A stretch of DNA of 63,687 nucleotides, counting the filler, from Octopus bimaculoides (taxonomy: Eukaryota), in the NCBI RefSeq assembly GCF_001194135.2. It is 11 parts of 8 records of this genome, joined end to end, with 100 filler letters (N's around TTAATTAATTAA, not from the genome) between each part and the next. Parts side by side here need not be neighbours in the genome. Positions count along the whole stretch, not along the records: positions 12,682 to 32,497 come from NC_069004.1; positions 32,598 to 34,461 come from NW_026391550.1; positions 34,562 to 47,816 come from NC_068993.1; 8 more parts are not named here. The stretch is one strand, 5' to 3'. Below, in pieces: positions 26,280 to 40,250 of this stretch (position 1 is its first letter; each line of letters begins with the position of its first letter). The notes beneath the pieces were generated by a model, which worked only from the letters and a program-made list of their open reading frames with translations, was not told the origin of the DNA and did not search any database. A program made the translations under genes and the position numbers.

Positions 26280-27801
26280 TATATTTAGCATTTTGATGAC
26301 ATTTTTGAACAGTTGCTGACCACGTACGTGATATCTTCCACAGAAACGTGATATAGCCCACATTTTCGGTTGCATCATGGGTTGCAAGGGCTTCCCTGCT
26401 CTTTTGTTTATTAGTATTCTCTAGCAATCTCCAGCTCTTAGATTGCAAATACATATCCTTCGATGTGTGATGTGATGTAGCGGTCACGATTCAAAGAAAG
26501 GCTGCACTTCACGGCGATATTCGTATCGTCTTCAAGTCTTCGGGAAAAGACGTTGGCATTTTTTCTTGTTGTTGTTATTATTTATGGGGTGTGTATGCCG
26601 AACGTTTCACATCCAGGTCTTCTTTGAGATATGTCAGTCCAGCTATTTTGGGGTTTGTATGGAGGTCGCCAAGAAGAGAGTGCTTGCTGAGGAGCTCATT
26701 GCCGACACATAGGTCTATATATATATTTGCTACTGTTGTTAGCAGGAACTGTTATGTATGTATGTATGCATATATGTATGTATGTATGTATGCATATATG
26801 TATGTATGTATGTATGTATGTGCAGATATATGTGCAGATTTATATGTTTTGTTTTATGTATGTATTATCATGCATATAGTTGCATGTCTAGATGTAAGCA
26901 CACACATATACTTAAATGATAATGTTCTGGAAAGTTTTACAAATTTATATGCATGCATCCATCTATCCATCCAACCATCCATGTATCCATACATACATAC
27001 CTACATACATACATACATACATACATACATACATACTATAATGGAGAAAGCTGCTTATTAATTAGGTATGTAACAATTACCAAAAGTACTAAAAGAAAGC
27101 AATTATTAAAGGGTTGACTGTCTGGAAATATTTTTATAAATTCATGTTCTAAGAAATTTCCTATAATTTCGATTTCTCAAGTTTCTTGAATTTTTTAAAC
27201 TCCAATTTCTCGCAAATTTAATCATTCATTCCATTCACTGCGTCCAATTCACAAATTTAAATATTCGTTGCTTTCACTGCGGAGTATTCCATTCTTATTT
27301 GCAATGTCTCACACTTTCTCTTTTCAGTTTTCATTCGCTATTTGGAAAAACCGACAGTTTATTCTATTAATGTATATGTAATTTATTATTTATTGAATGA
27401 AATTTTTTTTTAATACCAGTTTAATTTTTGAACGCGGGATAGCTGTGAGAAGAACCTAGAAAGTTGGGTATTTACTATTAGAAGACAAGGAGAAAAAAAG
27501 TTACCAACAAGTACTCGAAACTTGCACCTTATTCACTGTTTCCAAACATTCTGTACCACTAAGCCAATATATACACAAACAAGTTGCACGAGTGTGTCAC
27601 CAGTGACACACTCGCACACACACATAGATACACATACACACAAATGAAAGGCAATAAATGTGTGTGTGTTTGTTTGCTGTTCACTGACAAAACTTTGTGT
27701 TGCATTACTTTTACAAAGTTTTGTCAGTGAATAGGTCGCGGTTTCAAAGCGAAGAAAATATTTTGACACAAATGAAATTTTAATGTTGAAATGAGGCTGG
27801 T

Positions 27802-28029
27802 ACTACTTAAATACACAGGTCCCTTAACGGTACTACTTAAATAGAAAGGTACTACTTAAATACAGGTGTTACGTGCGAAACACTTTGAATGTACACTGTG
27901 TAGATGTGTAATGACACTCTAACTAACCCTAAAACTAGCCCTAACTTTAACTCTAAAAACTAACCCTAAGACTAACCCTCCCCTTCATATCATCACGTAG
28001 ATGCATTGGGACCTCTGTATTTAAGTAGT
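27802..28029. mobile_element. MITE-like element with internal telomere-like (CTAACCCT) repeats
   Basis: Inverted ends actacttaaatacacaggtccc / gggacctctgtatttaagtagt (21 of 22); three ggtactacttaaata subterminal copies. Confidence 0.7.
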
Positions 28030-28965
28030 GTCGTGAAACTAACGGTTGCTGTGTGTTCTTGAATGGCTTACAAACATCTACGCTGCAATTATTTTGTTTC
28101 AGTACACGATCTCAGATCAAATCACTTGCTATGCAAGTACATATCCATAATGTTCTTTAAATCACTGTGGATAAATTCCAGCAATGACCCCCTCAGGCTC
28201 GCCATTATTTTAATTTCTAAACAGAAACAATGGGAGCAGGGAATGGGGTTGCAAAAAATTTATAATTTCTCAAATTTCCTTTTTTATAGCATATAACTGT
28301 ATATATTCGGGAAAAAATATTGAAAAACATCAATAATGCGACAGTGATAAAGAAACGAGGAGGGTTGTCTTTAGATATGCTAGAAGCAGCAGCCACATTG
28401 TCCTTAAATCACATTAAATATTTTCCCTCTGAAAATATCAACAATTAAAAAAAAATTTTACCGGAAATGCTCTTTTCATGGTTTTGAAGTTCAAAAAAGA
28501 ATTGGCCAAAATAGGTCGGGAGTGGGATGATGAGGGAGGGGGTGTAAAAAAGAGAATTTACAAAACTTCTTGCATACAAAAATGCCCCTACCCCATCATT
28601 TCGAAGGCTGCGGTTTAAAATAAATGAGGAAAATCCCTGAAAAAATTTTCCCCACAAATTTCTTTATAATCGTAATCTATACCGCTTGAAAGGGATTTGT
28701 ATAAATGTTCATTAAAAGATACCTATCTTCCTGAAAGTTATGAGGGGAAAAAGTCAGATCGTGTAAATTTTTCAAAACTTCTATCTCCACCCCACAACAT
28801 ATAAGCGGTATTTGTAGAAAATTTTGTTAAAAAGTATCCATTTTTCTGGATGTCATGAGATAACAAATTCGGGTGCATATACATTTATAGTAATGCCCTT
28901 TTGTTTAAACGAGTTTTTCATTTCATGTTTATTTCATTTATTGTTTGCAATATTCTTTCCCCCAG

Positions 28966-29013
<48 letters not shown>

Positions 29014-29269
29014 ACTGCAAAGCTTACAGAAGTGCTGCTGAATTGAAATCTCTGTTGCTTTGAGGGGAAGGTAAAACTTGACAAACTGCTTCTCCCTCTG
29101 TTGTTGGACTACCGTGATGTTTGTTTTAAAAATGAGAGATTATGACTGTGATAAAACAATGAAAGCAATACTTTCTAAGCAAGTGAGCACTCTTATTCAA
29201 ATAAATAATTAGACGTAAAATATAAAAATTATTAAAATTGGGAATCAAATGTGAAAATATTATCAAGGG

Positions 29270-29308
29270 ACTAGCAGAAAACCGCCCTCTGGGCGGTTTT
29301 CTTCTAGT
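29270..29308. other. 39-nt GC-rich hairpin ending CTAGT on both strands (Helitron 3'-end-like)
   Basis: actagcagaaaaccgccc tct gggcggttttcttctagt (17 of 18 pairs). Confidence 0.45.
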
Positions 29309-30844
29309 ACATACATATGTATGTATGTATTCACTGCATATTTTATCGCTATTCTAATCGCTTCTATTCTTTATAAATTGCAAGTTTCAATTGCAAACTC
29401 CGCCTATGTCAACCGATGCATCTACCTCCTCTTCCTTTATCTCTACCATGTCTCATCTCTACTCTAAACACTTCATCCAGTTCCCCCATCCCCTAACACA
29501 GTAACCCTCTGGAATTCTTTCCCCATCTAAATTTTCTTCCTTCAAGCGTCAATTTCTCTATGCTGAAACTCTAGAATGACCTGCATCGCTCCTTCTCCTT
29601 TTACCACAAAATAGCCACATTTTTAAAGCTTATATAGCTGTGTAATTAAGATGTTTGCTAAGCAACCATGCGGTTTCGGGTTCAGTCCTACAGCATCACG
29701 CTACGTTTTGATAAGTATCTTCTATTATAACACTAGACCAACTAACGCCTTCGAAGTAAATATGCTTCTCGGAAACAATGCTGAAGTATATATACATATA
29801 TATATATCATTCCATCTTTGAACTTCTCTCCTATAACATCTCAAATGTAAGATCTCTTCCTTAAAGACGGAGACTCATCAATTTACAAACATTATTATGG
29901 ACCACCGAGCCCCCAGAAACAGTTGTTGGATTTGTAATACTTTTCCTCCACCCCTTTAATTCTCTATTTCATATGTATTCTGTGTAAGTCAGATTTTTTA
30001 TATGTATACATATATACATATTTTTGTGTATTTAATCTATTTAATATACTTTATGTATTGATCTGTCTAACTTGCTTTTTCCCTACATTTACTGCTATAC
30101 CAGCTCAAGTTTAAATCTCTTGAGCACTACTAAGTACATTCTATACCGAGAATATCTTGAACTCATCTATGAACTATATATATATATATATATATGGTAA
30201 ATGAAAAATGGAAGATGGAAGATACGAGGATTTTTATTAATCCATACAATTGTTTCAACCCATCTAGCACTGATTCCTCACAGTTGGGATACTTAACAAC
30301 TGGTTCAGGAGCATCCGACGGTGCAGGTGTGTCTTTTCGGGTGATAAATAAATAAAATAACATTTTCGTTAAAATAACATTTCCGCAATGTATCTTCTCA
30401 TTTCGTGTAAAGAAAAGCAGTAAATTAAAGGATATAGCTTCATTTATACAGAAGATCATTATTAAAACAACAGATACAAAAAAGAAACGAACACACAATA
30501 CAGCGAGAAAAGTATTAAAAATTACCATTAACGAATATGAATGTATAAACGCCCTCGCGTAAGTTGCATTGCGCATGTACACTCGCTCATACAAGCATCC
30601 ATGAAGATGGAAGCATACATACACGTGTGGTTTGGTGCAGACACGTTCACATAGCGAGTTAAATAGCTACTTTGTGTTTATAAGAATGGGGAGGTTAAAC
30701 TTAATTCATTCTTACCTTAAAGTACAAACGCATTCAGAATATATGCAAGTGTGTGTTGTGTATGCGTCATTTGTCTGGATTTTGCATTTACTTCGAAGTG
30801 AATCTGTATCAATGTATACCCTATCTTATTTGTCTGTTGTCTAG

Positions 30845-30853
30845 AAACAGGAG
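30845..30853 (+). CDS. Speculative 9-nt microexon (E)TG, phase 1-1
   Basis: ttatttgtctgttgtctag|AAACAGGAG|gtgaaa; gives LRVFRIETGVLDLMV. Confidence 0.25.
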
Positions 30854-31347
30854 GTGAAAATAGACGCCATTGTAAAAGATACAAGTAAAAGATACAAGAT
30901 ATATATACATATAGGGTGAGACCCTGAAACCAGTTCTGGGTCTACTGGTCCTGTCACTGCTAGATGGGAGCTGTTTGCTCCCTTGTTTGCAATAAATCGG
31001 ACACAAATATTGCGTCGTTACCAACAAGAGGAGGTGTCCTCCTGGGATTAAAAAGAGTAGTAACATTGTTCTATGCAGAACAGCCACGTTGAGGCAATAA
31101 CAACCATTACTTTTTCAGTAGAGTTACTATTTACATGCGTTATAGAGATTTTAGAAATAGCAACTTTGCTTATATCAAGTTGAGTAAAAAGTAATGAATC
31201 ATGAAGAATTTGTACCGGATTTTTGTAGTTTTGAATTTTAAAAAAAAACATTTTTTTGCAATTGTCTGATAATACAGATATAGACTTGCCTAAATGCATC
31301 AATAAATTAACATTGATATTTTTTCACTGTTGTTATAATCATCTGAA

Positions 31348-32028
31348 ATGGAACTGTCAAAGCGCAATATTTGAGCAATTTTGCTATTCAACTTCAAAAA
31401 AGGACGTGAAGCATCTGAAACAGTTCGCGATATCAACAAAACGTTTGGTAAAGAAATGACCTGTGAGTGGTCAGCTCCAAAATCGTTTAAACAATTTCGT
31501 AGTGGAAACCTGAGCCTTGAAGATCGTGAGTGTAGTGGACGCCCATCTGTCATCGAGGACGGTCAATTAAAAACCGTCATTGAGAAAGATCCACGTAAAA
31601 CCATACAAGAACTGGCAAAAAAAACTTCAAGTTAGCCTGCCTGCAACCATTTGCATGCTATCGAAAAATCAAAACAGCTCGACAAATGGGTACCACACGA
31701 TTTGAATGAAAATCAGAAAATGTGCAGATGTAAAATTTGCTGGTCGCTTCTTCGCCGTAACCAGACCGATCCATTTCTCGACCGTATTGTAACTTGCGAT
31801 GAAGAGTAGATTCTGTCCAATAATAAAAAACGTTCTTCGCAGTGAATGGACCAAAATGAAGCATTGAAAACCTTCTCTAAACCCGAGCTCTTCAAAAAGA
31901 AAGCTATGATGACTGTTTGGTGGTGTACTTTTGGGGCCAGTGTAGGGCCAGTCATTGTTCATGACAATGCTCGATCACGCATTTCACTAATGACGCTCTC
32001 GATGTTGAGGGAACTTGGCTACGAAGTT
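31348..32028 (+). mobile_element. Decayed mariner (DD34D-type) transposase
   Basis: MELSKRNI*AILLFNFKKG...SGRPSVI...KWVPHDLNENQK...FLDRIVTCDEE...MMTVWW...VHDNARS; stops and an internal deletion. Confidence 0.9.
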
Positions 32029-32074
32029 ATTCGTATAACCAATTCCTCAAAAAGAATCATTTCTTATATAAATT

Positions 32075-32115
<41 letters not shown>

Positions 32116-32619
32116 ATTTGTATGTTTTGCTTTATGTATTTTCATGCATATAGTTGCATGTATGTATGTATGTATGTATGTATTAGATTGTCCGGAAAGT
32201 TCTGAGCGTTTTTAAGCTAAATCTTTTAACGCTATGGACTAATTTTTACACGCTAGGCCACTGATAGTAGAAATTTCTAATATTTCTTATTACCCTTGAT
32301 ATTATTAATATATATATATAAATCAAAATAAAACTTATTTTGAAACTGTATGGATAATACCATACTAAATTCTGGTGCCTAAACTTAAATACCATATTCA
32401 CCTGAATCTAAAAAGTCGGTGCTCCGGCATGGCCGCAGTCAAAATGACTGAAACAAGTAAAAGAGTAAAAGAAAAAAAGAATATATATATATATATANNN
32501 NNNNNNNNNNNNNNNNNNNNNNNNNNNNNNNNNNNNNNNNNTTAATTAATTAANNNNNNNNNNNNNNNNNNNNNNNNNNNNNNNNNNNNNNNNNNNNACA
32601 CACACACACAAACCAAAGT

Positions 32620-32809
32620 ACCATGTAAAGAAAGCACTGGTAATGGCACTGTACACAAAGCACCAAGCATGCCCAGAAAAGTAGTTGGTATTAGGCAGGG
32701 CATCTAGCTGTAGAAACCAAGCAAAAAAACAGACTGTGGAACCTGATGCAGCCCCTGGCATGCCAGTTACAGTCATCCCAACATAGAACACAGATGTTAA
32801 ATGATGGTG

Positions 32810-32810
<1 letters not shown>
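32620..32810 (+). mobile_element. 3' part of a (GAT)n-tailed SINE/RTE-like element
   Basis: gtagttggtattaggcagggcatctagctgtagaaacc...gatgttaaatgatggtgatg. Confidence 0.65.
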
Positions 32811-32853
<43 letters not shown>

Positions 32854-34599
32854 NNNNNNNNNNNNNNNNNNNNNNNNNNNNNNNNNNNNNNNNNNNNNNN
32901 NNNNNNNNNNNNNNNNNNNNNNNNNNNNNNNNNNNNNNNNNNNNNNNNNNNNNNNNNNNNNNNNNNNNNNNNNNNNNNNNNNNNNNNNNNNNNNNNNNNN
33001 NNNNNNNNNNNNNNNNNNNNNNNNNNNNNNNNNNNNNNNNNNNNNNNNNNNNNNNNNNNNNNNNNNNNNNNNNNNNNNNNNNNNNNNNNNNNNNNNNNNN
33101 NNNNNNNNNNNNNNNNNNNNNNNNNNNNNNNNNNNNNNNNNNNNNNNNNNNNNNNNNNNNNNNNNNNNNNNNNNNNNNNNNNNNNNNNNNNNNNNNNNNN
33201 NNNNNNNNNNNNNNNNNNNNNNNNNNNNNNNNNNNNNNNNNNNNNNNNNNNNNNNNNNNNNNNNNNNNNNNNNNNNNNNNNNNNNNNNNNNNNNNNNNNN
33301 NNNNNNNNNNNNNNNNNNNNNNNNNNNNNNNNNNNNNNNNNNNNNNNNNNNNNNNNNNNNNNNNNNNNNNNNNNNNNNNNNNNNNNNNNNNNNNNNNNNN
33401 NNNNNNNNNNNNNNNNNNNNNNNNNNNNNNNNNNNNNNTTCTCTTTGTCTTCTTCTTCTTATTATTATTATTACTATTCGTATCATCATCATCATCATTC
33501 TATCGGCTTTTTTTACTCTACCTTTCTATGCTTCTCTAATAATTATTTTTACATTTTTTAAATACTTTTTTTGTCTTTGATTTTTTTTCTATTCTTTTTC
33601 ATTGTTTTCCTTTCTCTTCATGGTTAACTCTCCTCATTTTTTTTTTTCATTTTAATTTGCTTTTCATTTCTATAATTTTCTTTCAATACACTTATCTCTG
33701 TATTTTTAAATGCTTTTCTATAATTTTCCTCTTTTTTCTTACATGCATTTTTGATTTGTTTTTATGTTTATTTCAATTATTTTTTTAAACCTCTTCTATG
33801 CTTTTTAAACTGTTCTTATTTTATATATTTTTCTACTCTTTTCATTTCATTTCTGTTGATGCTATTTTTTTCTTTGCTTAATCTGTAATATACTTATGTT
33901 TTCTTATACAGTTTGTTTATATATATATTTTTATGATTCCATAAATATTTTCTGTACACATATTTTTCTATATGTTTATAAGCTTTACACATACATATTA
34001 TTTTTTCGTGTGTTTGTGGTCAAAGTCTTTTTCTTTTTTTTCAGGTCAATAAACACGAAGCATTGACTAATTATTGCTGTTTTTAGTATTGTTTAACCCC
34101 AGGTAAGACCTGATCAAATATACCCAATACCTAGATTCTCTTATGGCTACATAATTTTACTATTTGGTGTTTCTTTTCAGCCATTCTTTCCTAACTTTCT
34201 TCATTTTCACTTCTCTCGTATTTTGTTAAGCTGTGACCTTGCACTAACCTAAAGTCTGACCTATTGTCCTAACTAGGTTGTCTCATAGGAACTCTCAGTT
34301 GTCTTCTAAGTTATAATCTCATTATCCATCCCTCAAACCATATACATCAGTTGATATATATATACCTTGTATACCAATATATGTGTGTGTATATATATAT
34401 AATATATATACATATATATATATAATACTAGCAGTATAACCCGACCTTGTCCGGGTGTGACNNNNNNNNNNNNNNNNNNNNNNNNNNNNNNNNNNNNNNN
34501 NNNNNTTAATTAATTAANNNNNNNNNNNNNNNNNNNNNNNNNNNNNNNNNNNNNNNNNNNNATATATATATATATATAAAGTGATGACTATGAGTGTGT

Positions 34600-34810
34600 G
34601 TATCTTGTCTTTGTGCATCTGTCTGTGACCTGCCACAACTGGACACCGGGTTTTGTTTTGTTTACGTCAACGTAACCTAGCGGTTCGGGAATAGAAGCAG
34701 AGAATGACTACAAGATTTCAGAAAAGCAATAAGTAGGTGAGGACGATTTGTTCAAGTGGGTATCCCAGCATAGCTGCAGTCTATTAACTGGAACAAGTAA
34801 ACGATAAAAG
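34600..34810 (+). mobile_element. SINE family A, 3' half, diverged
   Basis: cgtaacctagcggttcgg...cccagcatagctgcagtc...gaacaagtaaa. Confidence 0.65.
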
Positions 34811-35449
34811 ATAAACGAAGCTTAATAAAATATCACCAGCTATTAGGTCCCATGGTCCAACGACACTGCTGCTTACAAGCCAAACATTCGAAAATGGCTT
34901 CCAGATATTTTAAAGTCATAAACTGTTATGTCTTCAATATCTTAATGCGCGATAAATTCACTCTTATTGCTGCCAAGTCTGCAATGTTCTGTGTACTGTG
35001 AGACATGTTTTCGTTGCTCAAATATCAAAGAATTTAGTACGTGCATACATCGAATGTGGACGAAATTTTAAAGTGTGATAAGCTAATTAGTTGTACGGAT
35101 TACATAAACTTCGCAAAATATTGATTTATTCACATCAATGCTTAGATTTTCACTTATACATACGTTTCATGGATAATATATAAACTTACCCGCATATATA
35201 TACATACACATACGCACTGAAAGCATTTTATTGAAGTTCAAATATTTCATATACGGATATCCAGAGTTCACGTAAGCTATCTGCTACGTGAAGTGAATCC
35301 CTAAGTAGCAGCTTGAGAAAATTTCAACTTCAATAAAACTCCATATTTTATCTACCTTTGGTAGTATTTTGTTCAACTTAGTTTTGCGTCAATGTCTGTG
35401 CGTCTATGTGCGTGTGTGAAGTGCATATCCATATATGTATTTACCGCTT

Positions 35450-35680
35450 ATCTCTTACATGTCCCAGTCATTAGACTGCGGTTGTGCTGGGGCACCACCT
35501 TCAAGAATTTTTAGTCGAATGAATCGACCCCAGTACTTAAATTTCTTGCTAAGCCTGATACTATTTTATCGGTCACTTTGGCCGAACCACTAGATAGCAG
35601 GGACGTAAACACACCATCACCAGTTGTCGAGAGGTGGGGGCGGGCAAACACAGTCACAAAGACAAACAGACACACAAACA
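35450..35680 (-). mobile_element. SINE family A, 3' half
   Basis: gactgcgg...gggcaccacc...tagtcgaatgaatcgacccc...gccgaaccact...ggacgtaaacacacc. Confidence 0.75.
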
Positions 35681-35696
35681 CAGACACATACTACAT

Positions 35697-35734
<38 letters not shown>

Positions 35735-35872
35735 ACACACACACACACACGCACACACACACACACACACANNNNNNNNNNNNNNNNNNNNNNNNNNNNN
35801 NNNNNNNNNNNNNNNNNNNNNNNNNNNNNNNNNNNNNNNNNNNNNNNNNNNNNNNNNNNNNNNNNNNNNNNN

Positions 35873-35926
<54 letters not shown>

Positions 35927-37086
35927 CGTGTGTGTGTGTGTGTGTCTGTGTGTGTATAAAATTCAGATTATATTACATCTGATAACATATGATAATGGCT
36001 ACATACAATTAGTGATCAGGCTGACTTGCTGTTTAAAAACCACATTTGACTGCTGCTAATCGTTCATTTTTGCTCTCAATTGTTCTCACTGTTTAAATAT
36101 ATAGACGCTATAATCTTCTGATAGCATTCGTTTGCCTGCTTTTGTATACTTTTAATTCAATAGCGTGAATAGTACATAGCGCCAGACTTGTAGAATGTGT
36201 GGGATGGTAAATAGCTCACTTGCGGTATACTGTTGTATTTTTTCTTTTGATTCAAAATGCAGTTGGAGTCACCCTTTTCTTTCAACGTAAAAATAGAGTT
36301 TACAAAATAAATGACCACTGAAATAGCGGATGGCAATAATCTTGCTTCATTTATAGTTCACAGGTCATATAATTAGTTGAATACATTATCCGAACAGTAC
36401 GGGGGGATGAACCCGAGCTTCGCAACTTTACCGAAGAAGTTGTCCAGTATTGACATCACATTTCTATGATAACCAGTTTACATACTTCATTTCATGAAAG
36501 CTGCTCAATGAAGATTATTAAGGTAGTTATCAAACAACTCTAAATGATATACCGATATAAAATCTAACTTCCAATAACTCACCAAATCCGTAACAATATT
36601 ATTTCCACAGACTAGTCGAAGATAAAAATAATTTATTTATTGAATGTGAGAGAAATACATCGTTTATTCTAAGTTCGTACTTTATAGATTTACAATGGAT
36701 TACCACTGACTAGAAGTTTAACACAGTCTAAGAACTTCGTCACAAGTACGCAACAGCAGAAAAAAATGATAATAATAAAAAATTCAATATATGTAATTCA
36801 TATTCAAACTTCTAGTCCCCAAAATATGAAAAAAATCATTATCGCCTTTTATATTAACTGTCCACTGGGGGACAAAGTGTTGATTTATTAAATATTATAT
36901 NNNNNNNNNNNNNNNNNNNNNNNNNNNNNNNNNNNNNNNNNNNNNNNNNNNNNNNNNNNNNATATATATATATATATATACATGCCTATATGTGTGCAGG
37001 TGTACATGCATGTGTGTAAGTTTGAAGAAATTGATTTCCAATCCATTGAATTCTTGATCTCGTCGTCTTCTGGATGATACACAACA

Positions 37087-37127
37087 ACGAATATCACATG
37101 CTTTTAATTCAAGCATGTGATATTCGT
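37087..37127. other. Perfect 17-bp inverted repeat with a 7-nt loop
   Basis: acgaatatcacatgctt ttaattc aagcatgtgatattcgt. Confidence 0.85.
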
Positions 37128-37949
37128 GATATTTCATACATCGTTCACAGTCGACGAGGCATCCTTTTCAAAATATGTCTGGTTATATCTTTCCCCATGA
37201 GAAGATATTTACAGTAGCACCACGCAAGACTAGCATCATTTTCAATATCACAAAACTCAATGAAGCTCATATTTTGGATATCATTTTGTTTTCATTTAAA
37301 TTATTTGTTTTTTATATGGAACTGATGATGATTACTAAAGAAATATTGCTTTTCTACCATGAAAATCTGATTACCTTCTTTATTATTGTTATTTCTTATT
37401 ATTACAATTGTTATTATTATTCTTTTTGTTGTTAAAATTATCGTTATTATTTTTGTGGTTATTAATTATATTATTGGAATTTGTATATAAACAAAAGCAT
37501 TTCTATATTGTTTATATTATTTTGTTTTTCATAGAAACGAGACAAATATGAAATTTCTAGTGAGAGAGCAGCAAACAGTCTGAGATCTGTTATGTTTATA
37601 TTTTTACAAGTTGTGATAGGTGTTGTTGTTGCTGGCGCTGGTGGAGGTTTAGTGATAGGATGAAAAGTTTGTAAGTTGGTATAGGCTAAAGACTATACAC
37701 AAACATAGACATAAGTATGCCTACATAACTATGTATGTATGTATGTATGTATGTATGTATGTATGTATGTATGTATGTATGTATGTATGTATGCATGCAT
37801 GTATGTATGTATGTTTGTGTGTATGTATGTTTGTATGTATGCATGTATGTATGTATGTATGTATGTATGGATGTATCTATCTATCTATCTAGCTATCTCT
37901 CTCTCTCTTTCTCTTTCTGCCTGTCAGTCTCTTTACACATAAATACATA

Positions 37950-37993
<44 letters not shown>

Positions 37994-38380
37994 NNNNNNN
38001 NNNNNNNNNNNNNNNNNNNNNNNNNNNNNNNNNNNNNNNNNNNNNNNNNNNNNNNNNNNNNNNNNNNNNNNNNNNNNNNNNNNNNNNNNNNNNNNNNNNN
38101 NNNNNNNNNNNNNNNNNNNNNNNNNNNNNNNNNNNNNNNNNNNNNNNNNNNNNNNNNNNNNNNNNNNNNNNNNNNNNNNNNNNNNNNNNNNNNNNNNNNN
38201 NNNNNNNNNNNNNNNNNNNNNNNNNNNNNNNNNNNNNNNNNNNNNNNNNNNNNNNNNNNNNNNNNNNNNNNNNNNNNNNNNNNNNNNNNNNNNNNNNNNN
38301 NNNNNNNNNNNNNNNNNNNNNNNNNNNNNNNNNNNNNNNNNNNNNNNNNNNNNNNNNNNNNNNNNNNNNNNNNNATATAT

Positions 38381-38426
<46 letters not shown>

Positions 38427-38799
38427 GTTGTGGTTAATAAACTGTTGTCTTAATTAAGCAAAAATGAAAATAACAGACATTTCATTTCAACCGATATATT
38501 TATTAATATTACATAAAAATATATTGAAATACTAAAGAGTAAATGTATTCAATAAAACCGCCATTGGCTTCAACCACGGCCTCTATATTGGTGTGGGGAT
38601 ACTCATTACTTCTTAGTATGGTTACTACTTTCATCTCTTATAGAGATTTTTTAACTAGCTAATTTATATATATATATATATATATATAGTTATATAAGTG
38701 TATATGTTTGGTGTGTGTGTTTGCTTGTGTGTGCGTGTTTGTGTATGTGTGCGTGTCGCTATCACATTATCATGTTATTGAGCAGGCTATCTATCGTAC

Positions 38800-39030
38800 G
38801 TTGCTATACCTTGCTGGTCACAATGCGGCCCTGTTGGTTAGGCGAACAGGCCCACATTCCTCCTTGATTGGAAGGTCAAAGTCCGTTGCAGGGTTACTCC
38901 TTTACAGCCGAGTGGACCGGAGCAACGTGAAGTGCTCTACTTAACATCACAACGCTTCACCCAGTCCGGGAACCGAACGACGATCTAGCAGTTCCGAATA
39001 CCACACACTAACCATCAGGCCACGCGCCTT
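38800..39030 (-). mobile_element. tRNA-headed SINE with a V-domain-like centre (family D)
   Basis: Reverse complement: ggcgcgtggcctgatggttag (A box), gttcggttcccgg (B box), gcacttcacgttgctccggtccactcggctgt. Confidence 0.7.
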
Positions 39031-39210
39031 CACACACTCAGACACACACACACACACGCACACACTCAAATACACACTCACACACACACACGCACTCAAA
39101 TACACACTCACACACACACACACATACACACACACATACATTCACACACAAACACACCCACATACAAATACACTTACACAAACACACATACACACACAAA
39201 CACATACACT

Positions 39211-39251
<41 letters not shown>

Positions 39252-39589
39252 CTGTATTCATGCATGTCTGTGTTGGAGCGCAGACATATCCAGTAATGTA
39301 GAGGATTTCTGGTAATAACTCGGCTCCAACCAAGTCTTCTGACTCGAAATAGAAAGAAGAGGAAACTGTAAAATCGTGTCGGATGAACTCTCAGTGTGAC
39401 CTTTCTTATTTCTCATACATACATACATACATAATACATACATACATAATACATGCATACATAATACATACATAATACATACATACATATATACATAATA
39501 CATACATACATACATACATGCATACATACGGTCACGTACACGTATGTCTGTGTATATGTAGATAGATAGCTAACAGTGTGGTGGAATCA

Positions 39590-40250
39590 CATCAGATGAT
39601 TGTTTCTGTGTTATGACCACAGCTGTATTTTCTCGTCACAGAAGTCTATTAAATATACTTCTATATCTATTATTGCCAGAAAATGTTTATGAAAATTAGG
39701 ATCTTTTTTTCTGGTGTTGGTTCCAACATTCAAATAAACTGGAGGTAAGCCAGGTTATTTTGTGACTAATTCCGGGATTGTAATTATTGTATGGGGAGTA
39801 TGAGGTATTTTTTTCAAATCACTAGCTGGTAATTCTATACTGTATGAAAGATCCGTCCTACAGAAAAATTCCTTTTGAAGAAGAGAACTACAAGTTTCTC
39901 ATACAACTTTATATTAGCTACAAGTTAATATGGACTAGTTTGAGAATTTCAAGCAAGTTCCCATTAATTCATACTGGCTGACGATATGTCATATAAGCGA
40001 TAAGATTCTGAAACACAATGCTGTAAATTTTGCCAGACTGTCTTTATATATTTAACTATTTCATAAGGCTTAACGTTGGATTTGCAGATATTGGATTCTA
40101 AGTCCAGTGAAGCATTTAGTAAACCAAATTTAGTGAAATCCATGTCTCCTGTAATCTTAAGTTTAATGCTATCAGTACATAAGTTTCTTTGTTTCTGAAG
40201 TTATCTAGAGTGTGACCATTGTGATTGTATGATATAGATAATTCACCGTA
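39590..40250 (-). mobile_element. Highly decayed Penelope-like element RT thumb/linker
   Basis: SIKLKITGDMDF...LNASLDLESNICKSNVKP and KITW...HKHFSGNNRYRSIFNR resemble PLE motifs LKITI...NFLDVTLDL...KP and IIWFNPP...KHFP...IFNR. Confidence 0.6.

Noticed and set aside
30163-30624. Minus-strand ORF with SVLDGLKQLY, resembling the EHD N-terminus
   Set aside because: The similarity stops after a few residues, with no KLLPLE or P-loop and no supporting exons.
34046-34101. Strong acceptor and CAG|gtaaga donor
   Set aside because: All three frames contain stops, and the donor lies in a repeat-like motif.
36380-36470. GC-richer stretch open in several frames (EYIIRTVRGDEPELRNFTEEVVQY)
   Set aside because: No convincing splice sites or recognisable motif.
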